51,095 bases of DNA from Ectothiorhodospiraceae bacterium (GTDB taxonomy: Bacteria > Bacteroidota > Ignavibacteria > SZUA-365 > GCA-2699105): positions 1-51,095 of the forward strand of contig PABJ01000026.1 in assembly GCA_002699105.1 (NCBI GenBank), in the 5' to 3' direction. Shown one piece after another: positions 40,952 through 49,548 of the stretch (within the stretch, counting starts at the first letter, position 1; each line of letters starts with the position of its first letter). The notes beneath the pieces are model-generated. The model searched no databases. It was not told where the DNA came from and saw only the letters and a list, made by a program, of their open reading frames with translations. Position numbers and translations under genes: made by a program.

Positions 40952-42121
40952 ATGAAACGGAAACTGCAAGGCAGGTACGTAGAGATTTCTACCGTGGGCG
41001 AGCGGGCGAAGGCATTCGTGCCGGACCCGCTTCCGCCAACACCGCCGATTACGTGGACGCCCGCGCTGCGCCAGGGCTTCGATGCCGCGATGCATGCCCT
41101 CGGGCGCCTCGATGCAGCTTCCGATCTCCTGCCGGATACGCCTCTTTTCCTCTATACCTATATCCGGAAGGAAGCCGTGCTCTCCTCGATGATCGAAGGA
41201 ACGCAGTCCTCGCTTTCGGATCTCCTTGTCTATGAACTCGATGAAGCGCCCGGCGTCCCGCTGGACGATGTGCAGGAAGTGAGTAACTATGTCGCTGCGC
41301 TGGAACACGGAATGCAGCTCCTCAGGTCGGGGTTGCCCATTTCGCTGCGTCTTATCCGCGAGGTGCACGGGGTGCTGCTCCAGAAGGGAAGAGGGGCCGG
41401 GATAACGCCGGGGAGATTCCGGCGCTCGCAGAACTGGATCGGCGGGACAAGGCCCTGCAACGCCAGCTTTATCCCTCCGCCGCCGCAGGATGTGCGCGCA
41501 TGCATGTCCGAACTCGAATCGTTCATGCACGGCAGTCCGCAATCGGGGCAGGCGCTGCTTACGGCCGGGTTGGCGCACGTGCAGTTCGAAACCATCCACC
41601 CGTTCCTCGACGGGAACGGACGGGTGGGGCGGCTACTCGTTACGCTCCTTCTTTGCGAACGAGGCGTTCTGCGCGAGCCTCTGCTGTATCTCAGTTTGTA
41701 TTTCAAAAATCACCGCGCCTATTGCTACGAACTGCTCAACGCCGTTCGCATGCGAGGCGAGTGGGAGGACTGGCTTGCGTTCTTCGCCGAGGCCGTGAAA
41801 ACGGCCGCCGTCCAGGCAGTGGATACCGCACAGCAGCTTCATACGCTGGCGGAGGCCGACCGCAAGAGCATAGCCGCACTCGGCAAGGCTGCGGATTCGG
41901 CGTTGGCGGTGCACGAGGCGATGAAGCAGCAGCCTATCGCGAATGCGAACCGGCTTGTTCAGCGGACCGGGTTGACGCATGCAACCGTGAATCTTGCCCT
42001 CTCGCATCTGGAGCGGCTTGGAGTCGTGCGCGAGATAACCGGCAAGCAGCGCGGACGTATCTATGCCTACACCGCATACATGGATGCCCTGAACCACGGA
42101 ATTGAACAGCCCCCCGGCTAG
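40952..42121 (+). CDS. Fic-family protein (AMPylase-type), class II with intramolecular inhibitory motif
   Basis: The Fic motif HPFLDGNGRVGR is at nt 41597-41632. An N-terminal inhibitory-type motif S-x-x-x-E-G is present in VLSSMIEGTQ. The C-terminal ~80 aa look winged-helix-like. I prefer ATG 40952; the track starts at TTG 40946. Confidence 0.85.
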   Translation: MKRKLQGRYVEISTVGERAKAFVPDPLPPTPPITWTPALRQGFDAAMHALGRLDAASDLLPDTPLFLYTYIRKEAVLSSMIEGTQSSLSDLLVYELDEAPGVPLDDVQEVSNYVAALEHGMQLLRSGLPISLRLIREVHGVLLQKGRGAGITPGRFRRSQNWIGGTRPCNASFIPPPPQDVRACMSELESFMHGSPQSGQALLTAGLAHVQFETIHPFLDGNGRVGRLLVTLLLCERGVLREPLLYLSLYFKNHRAYCYELLNAVRMRGEWEDWLAFFAEAVKTAAVQAVDTAQQLHTLAEADRKSIAALGKAADSALAVHEAMKQQPIANANRLVQRTGLTHATVNLALSHLERLGVVREITGKQRGRIYAYTAYMDALNHGIEQPPG

Positions 42122-42131
42122 CACCTTCCCA

Positions 42132-42149
42132 AGCCCGCCCCTGCGGGCT
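42132..42149. terminator. Bidirectional hairpin between convergent genes
   Basis: AGCCCGC ccct GCGGGCT sits between the Fic stop (42121) and the formyltransferase stop (42167). It is followed by GGGGGAGGGGGGATT. Confidence 0.55.
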
Positions 42150-42166
42150 GGCAGGGGGAGGGGGGA

Positions 42167-43189
42167 TTAACAAATTAAAGATAAGATGTCACGGGAGAGC
42201 GGCAGGTCAGGGTATTTCTCTTGGTGGGCCTCGGCAATCTCTAGCATTTGCTCCCTGAAATCTGCGCTCTCAAATACCAAGCCTGTTTCAAGATTGAGAT
42301 CATCACTCTCGGTTGAATAGTCGTCGACAAGCAACAACCCACCGCCTGTTTGTACTATCATATCGCCATTTGGATAAATCTTGAGCACAGTGCCAGGCGG
42401 TTGATTACTCCGTAATTCCAGAGCGAATGGTCGCGCCGCCCAAATACGGCACTTTATTCCAGAGACGGAAGTGAATGCTCCAGGGTAGGGGCGTGTCTGT
42501 GCACGAATGAAATTGAATATTTCTCTCGATGAGCGGCGCCAATCAATAGCACCATGCTTTGGTGATCGTTTTGGTAAATACTCAGGAGTGTCATCCTGCG
42601 GAACAACTTCTCCTCTCTGGATCTTCCCGCTCGATAGGCAGTCAACAAGCATTTCACCGGTCAGCCATGCTACTTTATAGTAGCTCGTGTTGATATCATC
42701 ATGATCATCGTAACTGAACGTACGGGTATCTATCACAGAGCCTGAATCTATCCCGGGATCAATTTTGAAGATAGACAGTTGGAATTGTTCATGCCCGAGT
42801 ATCAACGCCCAGTTTTGGGGGGAGCGTCCTCTGCCTTTCGTGATACCGCGGGAACTGCCATGAACACCGATTGCGCCATATGTACTGTGTTCGATTAACC
42901 AATCAGGAATAAGGCGCTGCCACCCTACGACAAGCAGAAGATCGATACGTTCTCGCGACAGCAGTTCTTTCGTAGCTTCGTCGCGCATAGAATAATTATC
43001 CACAGGGATATGTGTGATACCATGTTGCCGGCAGTACGGCGCATAGTTCATATATCCGGAAACAGCATCGGAGTCGTGGCGATCCGTAAGCCCAATAAAC
43101 CCGCTGATTTCAAGGTTCTGCCGTACGATATCAATCGTATCGTAATATGTATTCAACGTCGAGACAATGTAGATGCGCATGTTACTCAC
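42167..43189 (-). CDS. Formyltransferase-family protein (Fmt/ArnA-N-like, probably sugar N-formyltransferase)
   Basis: 340 aa. ..IDLLLVVGWQRLIP...GAIGVHGS....GRGRSPQNWALI.. resembles the formyl-transferase core. GC is low, about 40% on a sample line. Confidence 0.7.
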   Translation of the reverse strand: MSNMRIYIVSTLNTYYDTIDIVRQNLEISGFIGLTDRHDSDAVSGYMNYAPYCRQHGITHIPVDNYSMRDEATKELLSRERIDLLLVVGWQRLIPDWLIEHSTYGAIGVHGSSRGITKGRGRSPQNWALILGHEQFQLSIFKIDPGIDSGSVIDTRTFSYDDHDDINTSYYKVAWLTGEMLVDCLSSGKIQRGEVVPQDDTPEYLPKRSPKHGAIDWRRSSREIFNFIRAQTRPYPGAFTSVSGIKCRIWAARPFALELRSNQPPGTVLKIYPNGDMIVQTGGGLLLVDDYSTESDDLNLETGLVFESADFREQMLEIAEAHQEKYPDLPLSRDILSLIC

Positions 43190-43922
43190 TTCGCATCATA
43201 TAGTCGTACAGCCCTGTATTCTTCGAAGCTGCATATCCACTGTTCACCTTCGTATGCTCTTCATCAATATGAGCAATATGACGCTTGATGTATTCAGCAT
43301 GTATATCCGGATACCCTATCCCATCTTCTGTAAAATGCAAAGGATGAAGTAATACCTGTAAAGGTTTCTCTACAGCTCGCTTTACGAACTCATATGGATT
43401 CTTTCCACGAAAGTTCATCCTTGAGTCGGACATGTATACAAAGTCGTTAAAGATACGCTCATCATACGCATTGAAGAATCCATCGAAGAAAGGGTATTCA
43501 CCATGCAAGGATGGAATGTGAATACTTATCGACTCTACTTTTTGTCCGGTAATATCCTCCAGAATACGACACTCAAGTCTCATCTTTTCGTCAAGGAGTA
43601 CATTATCCTCGGTCCGATAGATTGACGGATCGTAATGGAGACCGATTTCCCAGCCGCCATCAGCCAGGTTCTTCAATATCCCGGCATTGTAGTTCGACCT
43701 GGGATTATATGAATGACACGAGGTAAGGATGAAAAACGTTGATCGGACGCCGGCATTCTCTTCTTGTTCTGCCATCTTCACAAGAGGCTCAATATCGAGA
43801 TCTACATCATGCCGCATTACTATTTCACCGGGCGAGTAGGTAGTCGAACGCATTGGGATAATACTCCCAAATTGCTTCGCGTGTAGAAGAAAATCGAGAT
43901 ACTGAGAGTACGTGTAAATCAT
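43182..43922 (-). CDS. Polysaccharide-deacetylase-like protein
   Basis: 246 aa. ..VMRHDVDLD...AGVRSTFFILT...GWEIGLHYD.. resembles deacetylase-fold proteins from capsule and O-antigen loci. The call is tentative. Confidence 0.5.
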   Translation of the reverse strand: MIYTYSQYLDFLLHAKQFGSIIPMRSTTYSPGEIVMRHDVDLDIEPLVKMAEQEENAGVRSTFFILTSCHSYNPRSNYNAGILKNLADGGWEIGLHYDPSIYRTEDNVLLDEKMRLECRILEDITGQKVESISIHIPSLHGEYPFFDGFFNAYDERIFNDFVYMSDSRMNFRGKNPYEFVKRAVEKPLQVLLHPLHFTEDGIGYPDIHAEYIKRHIAHIDEEHTKVNSGYAASKNTGLYDYMMRSE

Positions 43923-43947
43923 CTAGTTGATATCCTTAAAGAATGAG

Positions 43948-44916
43948 CTAAAATGAAGTTTGGTTGATGGCTCGAAGCAAAGATCGAGGCAGCCGTCTAA
44001 TAATATCGCTGAACAAATCGTCAAATAAAACCTTGGCATGACGATATATCTCGAAATGAACCGTGGCGGACGCCCCTGTTGGATAACGTGAGATTAATCC
44101 CATCCATTTCCCGATGGCAAAGCGCTTTATCTGTTCAGTCTGCTCCGGTGTAAATGTATATGCACCGAAGAGGTACCGGAGAATACGCATGTATTCCAGT
44201 ACCGCCGTGCCGTTCCGGACGCTAGCGCTGCGCACGGTTCCGCCGTGCGTACGAAACCTGTTGAGCGGTTCGGCAATGTAGGCGATCTTCCGGCTGCGGA
44301 TCATCTGCGCGTAGAGCAGCCAATCGGCGCTGAGGCGGTTACGCAGATCGTACCCGCCGCATTCCAGGAACGCATCGCGCCGAAGCAGCGCAGCGCTGGA
44401 GTTGGGGATGATGTTCTTGAAGGCGAGGTAGGGCGCCATCTCCCGACCCGTTGCGATGAAATCGCTATCCCATTTATCGGTGCCCAGGTCGCGCAGCCAA
44501 TCCGCCCACGTGCCGATGACCTTCCCTTGGCTATCGATACTGTGCGATTGCGCGTACGCAATGGCAATCTCCTCATCCTGCTTCATCACATCGTAGAGCC
44601 GTTCGAGTAGCTGCGGCTCTGCGGAGTCGTCGGCTTCGGCGAACAAAATGAAATCGGCGGTTTCGTTGCGTACAACCTCGTTCCGCATCGCATAGGGCGA
44701 TCCGCTATTGATCATCCGGTACTGCGTTCGAACCAGATCATGCGTTTCGTACTGCCGAATGATCGATCTACTCCGATCCTGAGAACCGTCATCAATAATG
44801 AGAAACGAATCGGGCAGGCGGCTCTGATGCAGTATACTCTCGATCCGGTCTGCGAGGTAGGCTTCGTAGTTGTAGTTCGGCAGGAACACCGCAATAGAAT
44901 GATGCGGACCTTCCAT
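43948..44916 (-). CDS. Family 2 glycosyltransferase
   Basis: 322 aa. ..IAVFLPNYNYEAYLADRIESILHQS...LIIDDGSQDRS...FAEADD.. Confidence 0.85.
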   Translation of the reverse strand: MEGPHHSIAVFLPNYNYEAYLADRIESILHQSRLPDSFLIIDDGSQDRSRSIIRQYETHDLVRTQYRMINSGSPYAMRNEVVRNETADFILFAEADDSAEPQLLERLYDVMKQDEEIAIAYAQSHSIDSQGKVIGTWADWLRDLGTDKWDSDFIATGREMAPYLAFKNIIPNSSAALLRRDAFLECGGYDLRNRLSADWLLYAQMIRSRKIAYIAEPLNRFRTHGGTVRSASVRNGTAVLEYMRILRYLFGAYTFTPEQTEQIKRFAIGKWMGLISRYPTGASATVHFEIYRHAKVLFDDLFSDIIRRLPRSLLRAINQTSF

Positions 44917-44917
44917 C

Positions 44918-45859
44918 TTAAGCGCGGTTTGTTTCTCTGAGCATAAATGCGAGACCTAGAAGAGACAGGATGTACATCGCACCAAGCCTGAGAGAAGGAC
45001 GGTACTTTAGTGCGGTACCGATGAACTGACGCCGCTTTGGGTACTTGATACGATAGAGCTTTTGGGCTATCCGATTCATCTTGTCCTTATACAGTTCAGC
45101 AATCGCTGGTTGGAGGCGGCCCGTCTGCAGCATCTTCTCGTACACATGAAAATCAGAGACTTCTGCTTTCGCAGAACGTGCATGAAGTTCGGTCCTTGTT
45201 AATGATGAGCTGACGATGCGTATGCTCGTAGTCATGACAGGTAAATACTTGAATTTATACTGAAGCGCGAGTCTAAGCCACATATCCCAATCTTCATAAA
45301 CGAGCCGTTCATCATACAGCCCTACATTGTCTAGACATTCTCTCCTAATAATAGTCGCTATTGCTGATAACCAGTTCCGTTTCGATAGCTCGTCAAAGAT
45401 ATCACCCTCAGGGAGGTCGTTTATGCTTCTATATTGCTCAATGTAAGTCGGAGTGATGGTGTTGCTAGACTCGTCAATTAATTCACTGTTACTGTAAACT
45501 ACAGCGTAGTCCGATGCAAGGTCCAAAATGCTGTCCACATGTACTTCAACATTGTTAGGTGCCCATCTGTCGTCCGCTGCAACCATGCAAATATACTCTC
45601 CACTAGAGATGGAGACTAGCTCATTCAAAGTTGCACAAATACCCTTATTCTTGTCGTGTTTAACAAACGTACAATCGAAGTTATTGTTTTCTATCCACTG
45701 CTCGATTAGCTCGACTGAATTGTCTCTTGAGCAATCGTCTGATATAATCACTTCGATTTTTGGGTATGTTTGCTTTTTAATGCTCTCAAGACATTCAATA
45801 ATAAATGGAGCTTGATTGAAGCACATACAAAATACGGAGACTAAAGGTCTATCTACCAT
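44918..45859 (-). CDS. Family 2 glycosyltransferase
   Basis: 313 aa. ..VSVFCMCFNQAPFIIECLESIKKQTY...VIISDDCSRDNS...MVAADD.. GC is low, about 40%. Confidence 0.85.
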   Translation of the reverse strand: MVDRPLVSVFCMCFNQAPFIIECLESIKKQTYPKIEVIISDDCSRDNSVELIEQWIENNNFDCTFVKHDKNKGICATLNELVSISSGEYICMVAADDRWAPNNVEVHVDSILDLASDYAVVYSNSELIDESSNTITPTYIEQYRSINDLPEGDIFDELSKRNWLSAIATIIRRECLDNVGLYDERLVYEDWDMWLRLALQYKFKYLPVMTTSIRIVSSSLTRTELHARSAKAEVSDFHVYEKMLQTGRLQPAIAELYKDKMNRIAQKLYRIKYPKRRQFIGTALKYRPSLRLGAMYILSLLGLAFMLRETNRA

Positions 45860-45879
45860 GCCGCTAAAAGTTAGACTTG

Positions 45880-46698
45880 CTAATATGACTTCACGTTGGT
45901 GTAAGTATTCCCTTGTCCACCGTTATAGTACCAATTGATAAAAGCGGCAGAAACTGAATACCCTCTCCAATAGAAAACCTCATCAATTGTCCCATATTGG
46001 GGATATGTATTGCTACCTGTAGCCCCGATTGTAAAAGGCGAGGAAAGAAATACTTGGTTCGGGATGTATGTTGTTGCTATATGGGAGCCGTTGATGTATA
46101 CGCGCAAAGAATCGATGGCTCTATCGAACACTATTGCGGTATGAAAGTACACTGTATCCACACCATTTGTACTTTGTCTGGTTGAACCATCACAAACCCT
46201 GACAATCCCCGTACTTGATTGTACAACGAATATATACTCAATCGCTGAGCAACTGATACCCGTGCCTCTGCTAATAAGTGTGCGGATATCTACACTTCCC
46301 GGTTCATAGACGCGGGCCCAGAACATGAGGCTCCAGTCCCCATCGCCGACGGCGAGAGCTGGGGAAGTGGATCGCAGGTACTGGCTCTGCTGGCTATCGA
46401 ACCGCGCTGCCCGGCCAATGACCCCGGCCGTATCGCCGGGGTTGTTATAGGCTGTCAGGTGGTTCGAGCCGTGACTATCGTATCGTGTTCCTGAGGATTC
46501 TTCCATACCGTAATAGGCCACCAGGCTGTCTACAAGGGGGTTCGGGGCGCCTGCGGGGGCTGCCGCCTGCGGTCCGTACCGTTCCAAACGTCCGTAACTG
46601 GGGATATCGCCCGGTTGACTGTACCCAATATACGAGATTCCGGCAAGGAAGCACAACGCGGCAAGAAGGCGCTGGATGCGTGCGAAGGTTGTATGCAT
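45880..46698 (-). CDS. Secreted LamG / concanavalin-A-like lectin-domain protein
   Basis: I chose the internal ATG 46698, giving MHTTFARIQRLLAALCFLAGISYIGYSQ. ..LVAYYGMEESSGTRYDSHGSNHLT...GRAARFDS...DWSLMFWARV...IDEVFYWRG fits the Laminin_G_3 pattern. Confidence 0.7.
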   Translation of the reverse strand: MHTTFARIQRLLAALCFLAGISYIGYSQPGDIPSYGRLERYGPQAAAPAGAPNPLVDSLVAYYGMEESSGTRYDSHGSNHLTAYNNPGDTAGVIGRAARFDSQQSQYLRSTSPALAVGDGDWSLMFWARVYEPGSVDIRTLISRGTGISCSAIEYIFVVQSSTGIVRVCDGSTRQSTNGVDTVYFHTAIVFDRAIDSLRVYINGSHIATTYIPNQVFLSSPFTIGATGSNTYPQYGTIDEVFYWRGYSVSAAFINWYYNGGQGNTYTNVKSY

Positions 46699-46706
46699 GG
46701 CGGACC

Positions 46707-47099
46707 TCATTCGAACGTGATGACTGCTGCGGAGTTTGCGCGCAGGGTGCCGCGCCGGACGTAGACCCGGTGGTACTTGCGCCAGTAGAGGTAGACGGCC
46801 TGCTCGGGCCGGGCGCGCACTAGCAGCGTATCGACCGCATCGGTGAGTGGATCGTAGAGCGGCATGGTTGCCTCCGCGCCCTCGGCGGTGATGTAGCGGA
46901 CCTTGAGCGTATCGGGCGCGAGGGAGCCCTTCCATGTGACGGTGAGCAGCGTGGGCCAGAGGTTCCATGTGGTATCCGAGGAAAGCTCGGCGCTGAAGTC
47001 GACGCTATCCCGCACAACGGAACGCACCTGCGCACCGGCGGGAGACTGCAATCCGAGGATCGCCGCAAGCAATAGTGTGAATAAGAAGAATGATTTCAT
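46707..47099 (-). CDS. Small secreted protein, unknown function
   Basis: 130 aa with signal peptide MKSFFLFTLLLAAILGLQSPAGAQ and an RBS GGGAG. It lies 8 nt upstream of the LamG start. Confidence 0.55.
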   Translation of the reverse strand: MKSFFLFTLLLAAILGLQSPAGAQVRSVVRDSVDFSAELSSDTTWNLWPTLLTVTWKGSLAPDTLKVRYITAEGAEATMPLYDPLTDAVDTLLVRARPEQAVYLYWRKYHRVYVRRGTLRANSAAVITFE

Positions 47100-47123
47100 G
47101 ATGTACTCCCTGATGTGGTTGTG

Positions 47124-47564
47124 TTATCTGTAACTCTGGATGTATTCAATAAATATGCGCACGCGCCCCGCGCTGCCACCGCCGGAGGCGCTCAGGTACA
47201 CGCTGATATCGGTCTCCTCGCGGATGTGATAGAGCGTCTCGCGAATGGTGTACTGGCCGGGGCTCTCTGCCGCATCGGCAGTGGGGAAGGCACCCAGCTC
47301 CGTCCGTGCGCCCGGCACCCCGACCGAGACGGTATCTGCTGCGGTATATACCGAATCGCTCCATGCTATAATCCGCGTGATGGTTGTGCCGGGCTCGGCA
47401 CGCAGTGCCAGCACGGAGTCCGCACCGGTATCAGCCATATCATCGGCTGATAGATGCACCATCACCGTCCGCGGTGGATTATACCATTGTATAGCATGCT
47501 GCGTACGCGCAGCACAGGGCAGGAGCGCAAGAAGGATGAGAAGGCAGGTGTAGAATGTATTCAT
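47124..47564 (-). CDS. Small secreted protein, unknown function
   Basis: I chose the internal ATG 47564, giving MNTFYTCLLILLALLPCAARTQ (146 aa). The signal peptide and 5' UTR resemble those of 47816-48553. Confidence 0.55.
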   Translation of the reverse strand: MNTFYTCLLILLALLPCAARTQHAIQWYNPPRTVMVHLSADDMADTGADSVLALRAEPGTTITRIIAWSDSVYTAADTVSVGVPGARTELGAFPTADAAESPGQYTIRETLYHIREETDISVYLSASGGGSAGRVRIFIEYIQSYR

Positions 47565-47639
47565 GATTGATGTTGTAAGGTATATTAGTTTGTTCTTTTT
47601 ATCTTTGATTTGAGAAAGAAGATTATATAGTATAGTCAT

Positions 47640-47677
47640 CCAAATCCCCCCTCTGTCCCCCCTTGACAAGGGGGGGG
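47640..47677 (+). repeat. Module P (minimal form)
   Basis: The sequence is CCAAATCCCCCC tctgt CCCCCCTTG A CAAGGGGGGgg. Confidence 0.8.
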
Positions 47678-47775
47678 TGTGTGCGCCCGTGGTTCCTGGT
47701 CACGCTAAATATATAATCCGGATAGGACATCTGTTTACTTACATTCTTTTCCCCCCTTCGGCAAGGCTCAGGGCA

Positions 47776-47815
47776 CGCTTTCCCATTTCCCCTTTCCAAT
47801 TTCCACTTTCTTCTC
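47776..47815 (-). repeat. Purine-rich GGA-repeat tract abutting a stop codon
   Basis: The minus strand reads TAG GAGAAGAAAGTGGAAATTGGAAAGGGGAAATGGGAAAGCG. Confidence 0.75.
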
Positions 47816-48553
47816 CTACCATCTGCGCCGTTCGATATACAACCCGAGGTGGAGGTTAACGCTTTGGTTGCCGGGGAAGCGGTTCGCAGGGATCTGCTGC
47901 GAGCCGACGAGCGTGCCCTGCGTAATGAACGGCGAGGCGGGCGTGGCGTCCGCATCGTGTTTATAGATACGCAGATAGTACTGGCTGCCCTGGTTGCTCA
48001 GGTGCGCACTGATGACTGTACTATCCCCGCCAATGGGTTGCGCGGAGTTGAAGCTTGCAGCGAATTCCTGCGGGTTCCCCGGCCAGCCTATCTGCAGGCG
48101 GAAGCTCGTCACGCGAACGGCCTCCGCGGGCAGGGGCAGGCTCGTCAGGTACGGACCCAGCGCAGAGAAGATTGCGCTGTCATCCACCGCCGCCCCGCCT
48201 ACATCGTTAAATTGTGTATACCCGGAGACGAGCATCTTATCGCGCAGCGGGTACTTGAGGACGTAGCTCGTATCACCGTAATTCGTGACCGGGCGCGAGC
48301 TTGTGCTGTCGCTCACCTCGGTTGTAGGAATCCATCCGGCGGTGCCCGCGCCCGCGCTATCTATCAGCCTGCGTGCCAGTCCGCGTATCGTGATGGTATC
48401 GAGTGCTATATAATAGATGGCGCAGGTATCGCAGGGTTCCACAAGTATGTGGCTGCGGCCTGCAAGCTGCCTGCCCAAAAGCCCCTGCGCCTCAGCACCG
48501 ATTGGCAGAAGAGCGAGGAGTATGAGGAGGTAGGTGTAGATATTTATATGCAT
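47816..48553 (-). CDS. Secreted protein, unknown function
   Basis: 245 aa with signal peptide MHINIYTYLLILLALLPIGAEAQ. I recognise no family. Confidence 0.55.
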   Translation of the reverse strand: MHINIYTYLLILLALLPIGAEAQGLLGRQLAGRSHILVEPCDTCAIYYIALDTITIRGLARRLIDSAGAGTAGWIPTTEVSDSTSSRPVTNYGDTSYVLKYPLRDKMLVSGYTQFNDVGGAAVDDSAIFSALGPYLTSLPLPAEAVRVTSFRLQIGWPGNPQEFAASFNSAQPIGGDSTVISAHLSNQGSQYYLRIYKHDADATPASPFITQGTLVGSQQIPANRFPGNQSVNLHLGLYIERRRW

Positions 48554-48600
48554 AATTATTGATGTCGTAAGATGATAGATGATATACCGCGGTTGTTCTG

Positions 48601-48640
48601 TTCTTCTTTCCCCCTTCCCCCTTCCTCCTTCCCAATTTCT
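48601..48640 (-). repeat. Purine-rich tract abutting a stop codon (variant)
   Basis: The minus strand reads TGA AGAAATTGGGAAGGAGGAAGGGGGAAGGGGGAAAGAAGAA. Confidence 0.6.
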
Positions 48641-48976
48641 TCAGATGTACATAAAGTGTATCCTGTCCGCGCCGGGATTATAGTTGAGCCAGATGCGCAG
48701 GGTCGTTGTTTCCTCGCCGGTTTTGGGGCGGAGTTCATCGGCGCCGAGATAGCGGTTGGCAACGCCATCGTAGATCATGAGGAACACCATCGATCTGCCT
48801 TTGCGGTGTTCCAGATCGTAGTAATACCTGTCGCCGTCGGCCGTCCAGCTCCCAGCGGTTGTATATCCGACGGGCTCCAGCGCGGCCGTCCCGCTGCGGT
48901 AGCCCGCGTTGCGCAGTCCGCCGCTGCCGAGTTCCACGCGACGCGCATATCTGTTGGCTTGTCTATTCCGGGCCAT
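48641..48976 (-). CDS. Hypothetical protein
   Basis: I chose the internal ATG 48976 behind GGAGG, giving 111 aa beginning MARNRQANRYARRVELG... It has no signal peptide and I recognise no family. The longer track ORF (to 49297) overlaps the upstream gene. Confidence 0.45.
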   Translation of the reverse strand: MARNRQANRYARRVELGSGGLRNAGYRSGTAALEPVGYTTAGSWTADGDRYYYDLEHRKGRSMVFLMIYDGVANRYLGADELRPKTGEETTTLRIWLNYNPGADRIHFMYI

Positions 48977-48984
48977 ACATCCTC

Positions 48985-49443
48985 CTACGGTGTAATGTCG
49001 TATCCATCCCTGCTTGTGAGTGTGAATTCCACCGACCGCAGCCGCGTGCCGTCCGTGGCGATGTATTCTATATCCGGCGCATCGTCCGGGACGAGGTAGT
49101 TGGTGTTGCCTGTGCTTGCCCACTCGGTGAACCCGTCTAGATCGGCGGTGCCGTTGTGGTGCAGGTGAATGAGCGGCGCGCAGCGGAGCTTGTTCATGAA
49201 GACGAACTTCGCGTTCGCCGCGGCATCTTTCAGCGGATCGAACTGGTTCATATCGCACTGAATGCTGAGAGCAAGCCGCGCAATGCCTCGCCAGCAAATG
49301 CGGTCGGTTCCCATGGTGACGGGCTGCTCGCCGGTGGTTTCAGGCCGCAGCCATGCATGCGCACGGGATACCGAGATTGCAGTTGAAGTGCTCCAGGTCG
49401 TCCCCCCGTCGGTTGAATATTTAAATGTGATTGTACCTTGCAT
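48985..49443 (-). CDS. Hypothetical protein with one Asp-box (BNR-like) motif
   Basis: 152 aa. The N-terminus MQGTITFKYSTDGGTTWST contains S-x-D-x-G-x-T-W. Confidence 0.5.
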   Translation of the reverse strand: MQGTITFKYSTDGGTTWSTSTAISVSRAHAWLRPETTGEQPVTMGTDRICWRGIARLALSIQCDMNQFDPLKDAAANAKFVFMNKLRCAPLIHLHHNGTADLDGFTEWASTGNTNYLVPDDAPDIEYIATDGTRLRSVEFTLTSRDGYDITP

Positions 49444-49548
49444 AGTAGGATGTTATATAGTGTAGACATGCCTGTATGGTATTTAGAGGGATGGTATACT
49501 GATGATACGACCCCGTCGAGTCCCATTTCCGTAGGTGTGGATCTGAAG

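Noticed and set aside
45880-46968. Upstream extension of the LamG ORF (to 46968), which overlaps the 46707-47099 gene.
   Set aside because: The extension is Arg/His/Ala-rich. The internal ATG 46698 gives a proper signal peptide and leaves an 8-nt gap to the preceding gene.
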